A stretch of DNA of 63,662 nucleotides, the filler included. It is 5 parts of 5 records of this genome, joined end to end, with 100 filler letters (N's around TTAATTAATTAA, not from the genome) between each part and the next. Parts side by side here need not be neighbours in the genome. Positions count along the whole stretch, not along the records: positions 55,660 to 63,662 come from SRR20825006_2963; 4 more parts are not named here. One strand, 5' to 3'. Positions 62,075-63,662 of this stretch are shown in pieces. Numbering within the stretch: the stretch's first letter is position 1; every line of letters starts with the position of its first letter. Below the pieces are notes generated by a model. It was not told the DNA's origin and did no database searches. It worked only from the letters and a program-made list of their open reading frames with translations. Both the position numbers and the translations under genes were made by a program.

Positions 62075-63336
62075 ACGCTTCCCCGGGCACCTATGATCGG
62101 CTGATCAATCCTGTCCTGATCGCCGGGTGTATCATCATTCTGGTCAGTTTTGCGGTTCGCGCCTCGTTCGGGCTGTTCCAGTTGCCGATTGCCCTGGAGT
62201 TTCAATGGCCCAGGGAGTCGTTTTCACTCGCTATTGCGATTCAGAACCTGTTCTGGGGCATCGGGCAACCGATCTTTGGCGCATTTGCAGAACGCTATGG
62301 GGATCGAAAGGCGATTCTGGGCGGTGGCGCTTTTTACGTCGTCGGGCTGGTGTTGTCAGCATTTGCCATAACCCCGGGGCAACACCAGTTGCTGGAAATG
62401 CTGGTCGGTTTCGGCATTGCCGGTACGGGGTTCGGGGTCATCCTGGCAGTCGTCGGGCGTGCGGCTTCAGACAAACACCGGTCGATGGCGCTCGGGATTG
62501 CCACGGCCGCAGGTTCTGCCGGCCAGATCGTCGGCCCCCCCGTGGCCAACGCTCTCCTTAGCGAGATGCCCTGGCAGTCGGTTTTTATTGCCTGCGCAGG
62601 CTTTATCATGCTTTCCATGATGGCCTTGTTGCTCATGCGAGCACCGAAGCCACAGAAGCCCACGGGAGACGAAGAACCCATGGGTGTTGTCATCAAGCGT
62701 GCGGTGCGAGATCCGTCGTTCCTGTTTATTTTTATCGGTTTCTTTTCCTGCGGCTACCAACTGGCCTTTATCACTGCACACTTCCCGGCCTTCATTACGG
62801 AAATGTGCGGCCCGATTGCCCCGAACAGCTTACTCTACACACTCGGGGTGACGTCGGCTTCCGGTCTTGGCGCCATTTCCATCGCACTGATTGGGTTGTT
62901 CAATATTGGCGGAACACTGTGCGCTGGTTGGCTGGGGAACAAGTACTCCCGGAAATACCTGCTGGCCAGCGTCTACCTGCTGAGAACGCTCGTTTCGGCG
63001 GCCTTTATCATGACGCCGATCACCCCGGAAACGGTGTTGCTATTCTCCGTTGCCATGGGTTCACTCTGGTTGGCCACAGTACCGCTGACATCGGGCCTGG
63101 TCGCTCATATCTACGGCCTGAAATACATGGGTACGCTCTACGGCCTGGTATTCTTCTCCCATCAGTTAGGCGGTTTTTTAGGTGTTTGGCTGGGCGGTGC
63201 GATGTATGACATCTACAACGACTACACCCTGGTTTGGTGGGTTGGCGTGGGAGTGGGAGCTATCTCAGCGGTCATTCACTTGCCGGTTAAGGAGTATCCT
63301 TGGTCCCAGCGAGACAAGATAGCGCTGGCTACTTGA
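62071..63336 (+). CDS. MFS transporter
   Basis: About 12 TM segments; GAFAERYGDR motif A. Confidence 0.9.
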   Translation: MNASPGTYDRLINPVLIAGCIIILVSFAVRASFGLFQLPIALEFQWPRESFSLAIAIQNLFWGIGQPIFGAFAERYGDRKAILGGGAFYVVGLVLSAFAITPGQHQLLEMLVGFGIAGTGFGVILAVVGRAASDKHRSMALGIATAAGSAGQIVGPPVANALLSEMPWQSVFIACAGFIMLSMMALLLMRAPKPQKPTGDEEPMGVVIKRAVRDPSFLFIFIGFFSCGYQLAFITAHFPAFITEMCGPIAPNSLLYTLGVTSASGLGAISIALIGLFNIGGTLCAGWLGNKYSRKYLLASVYLLRTLVSAAFIMTPITPETVLLFSVAMGSLWLATVPLTSGLVAHIYGLKYMGTLYGLVFFSHQLGGFLGVWLGGAMYDIYNDYTLVWWVGVGVGAISAVIHLPVKEYPWSQRDKIALAT

Positions 63337-63662
63337 TCCAGCCTTGCCTCATTTATCTTTCTGAAAATGCTCGCAGCAGAGTCCCAAGTGAGCGACGATG
63401 GTTTTGGCAGCCAATTTCTTGGTTGAAACCAATGGTCGCTTTGCGACCACAGCTATTCTATGGCTTCACCACCAGCGCTTATACGGGACAGCCTTTAAAC
63501 AAATTTATGAAGCCATGGATGCCGGAAGGTAAGGGACCTAAGATGGATTGAGCCTTTCTTTCTAAAGGCCGCCGCATGCCCTGGGCCAACTCCCGATCTC
63601 AGCAGGCCTCCAAAGGCGCATAGGCAAGAACGAGCCACTTAGCCCCCTCATCAAAGTTCACC

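Overview
This window is not one locus. Five unrelated contigs are joined by four identical 100-nt artificial linkers (N44-TTAATTAATTAA-N44 at 26647-26746, 33584-33683, 40855-40954, 55560-55659). (1) 1-26646 is an AT-rich Flavobacteriaceae-type core region (gap, htrA, dapF, mltG, dnaA, ribD, prmC, aqpZ, ligA, dapA, bamD, rpoZ, coaBC, porD-like, recN, fabI'). It is preceded by a ~1.7-kb accessory islet. (2) 26747-33583 is alphaproteobacterial ntrC'-ntrY-ntrX-trkA-HAD. (3) 33684-40854 is alphaproteobacterial glnA'-glnB, tRNA-His, nnr, tRNA-Leu, tig, clpP, clpX'. (4) 40955-55559 is a GC-rich Rhodobacteraceae-like nicotinate (maleamate pathway) cluster, an IS3 relic, and a LysR/VOC-dioxygenase/LtrA/K+-channel/FMN-reductase/pirin module. 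(5) 55660-63662 holds a gammaproteobacterial-like AbiEi/AbiEii pair plus DMT/AraC and HxlR/SDR/DsbA-like/MFS modules. The most unusual structure is the islet at 219-1909. It is bounded by a decayed duplicate of the gap 3' end and contains an uncharacterised 162-aa gene, a terminator, a non-coding array of 11 exactly phased degenerate 21-bp repeats running into the start codon of an HTH gene, and a 54-aa in-frame DUF3800/PemK chimera missed by the ORF track. Protein family and taxonomic calls come from motif recognition by eye; no database searches were run.
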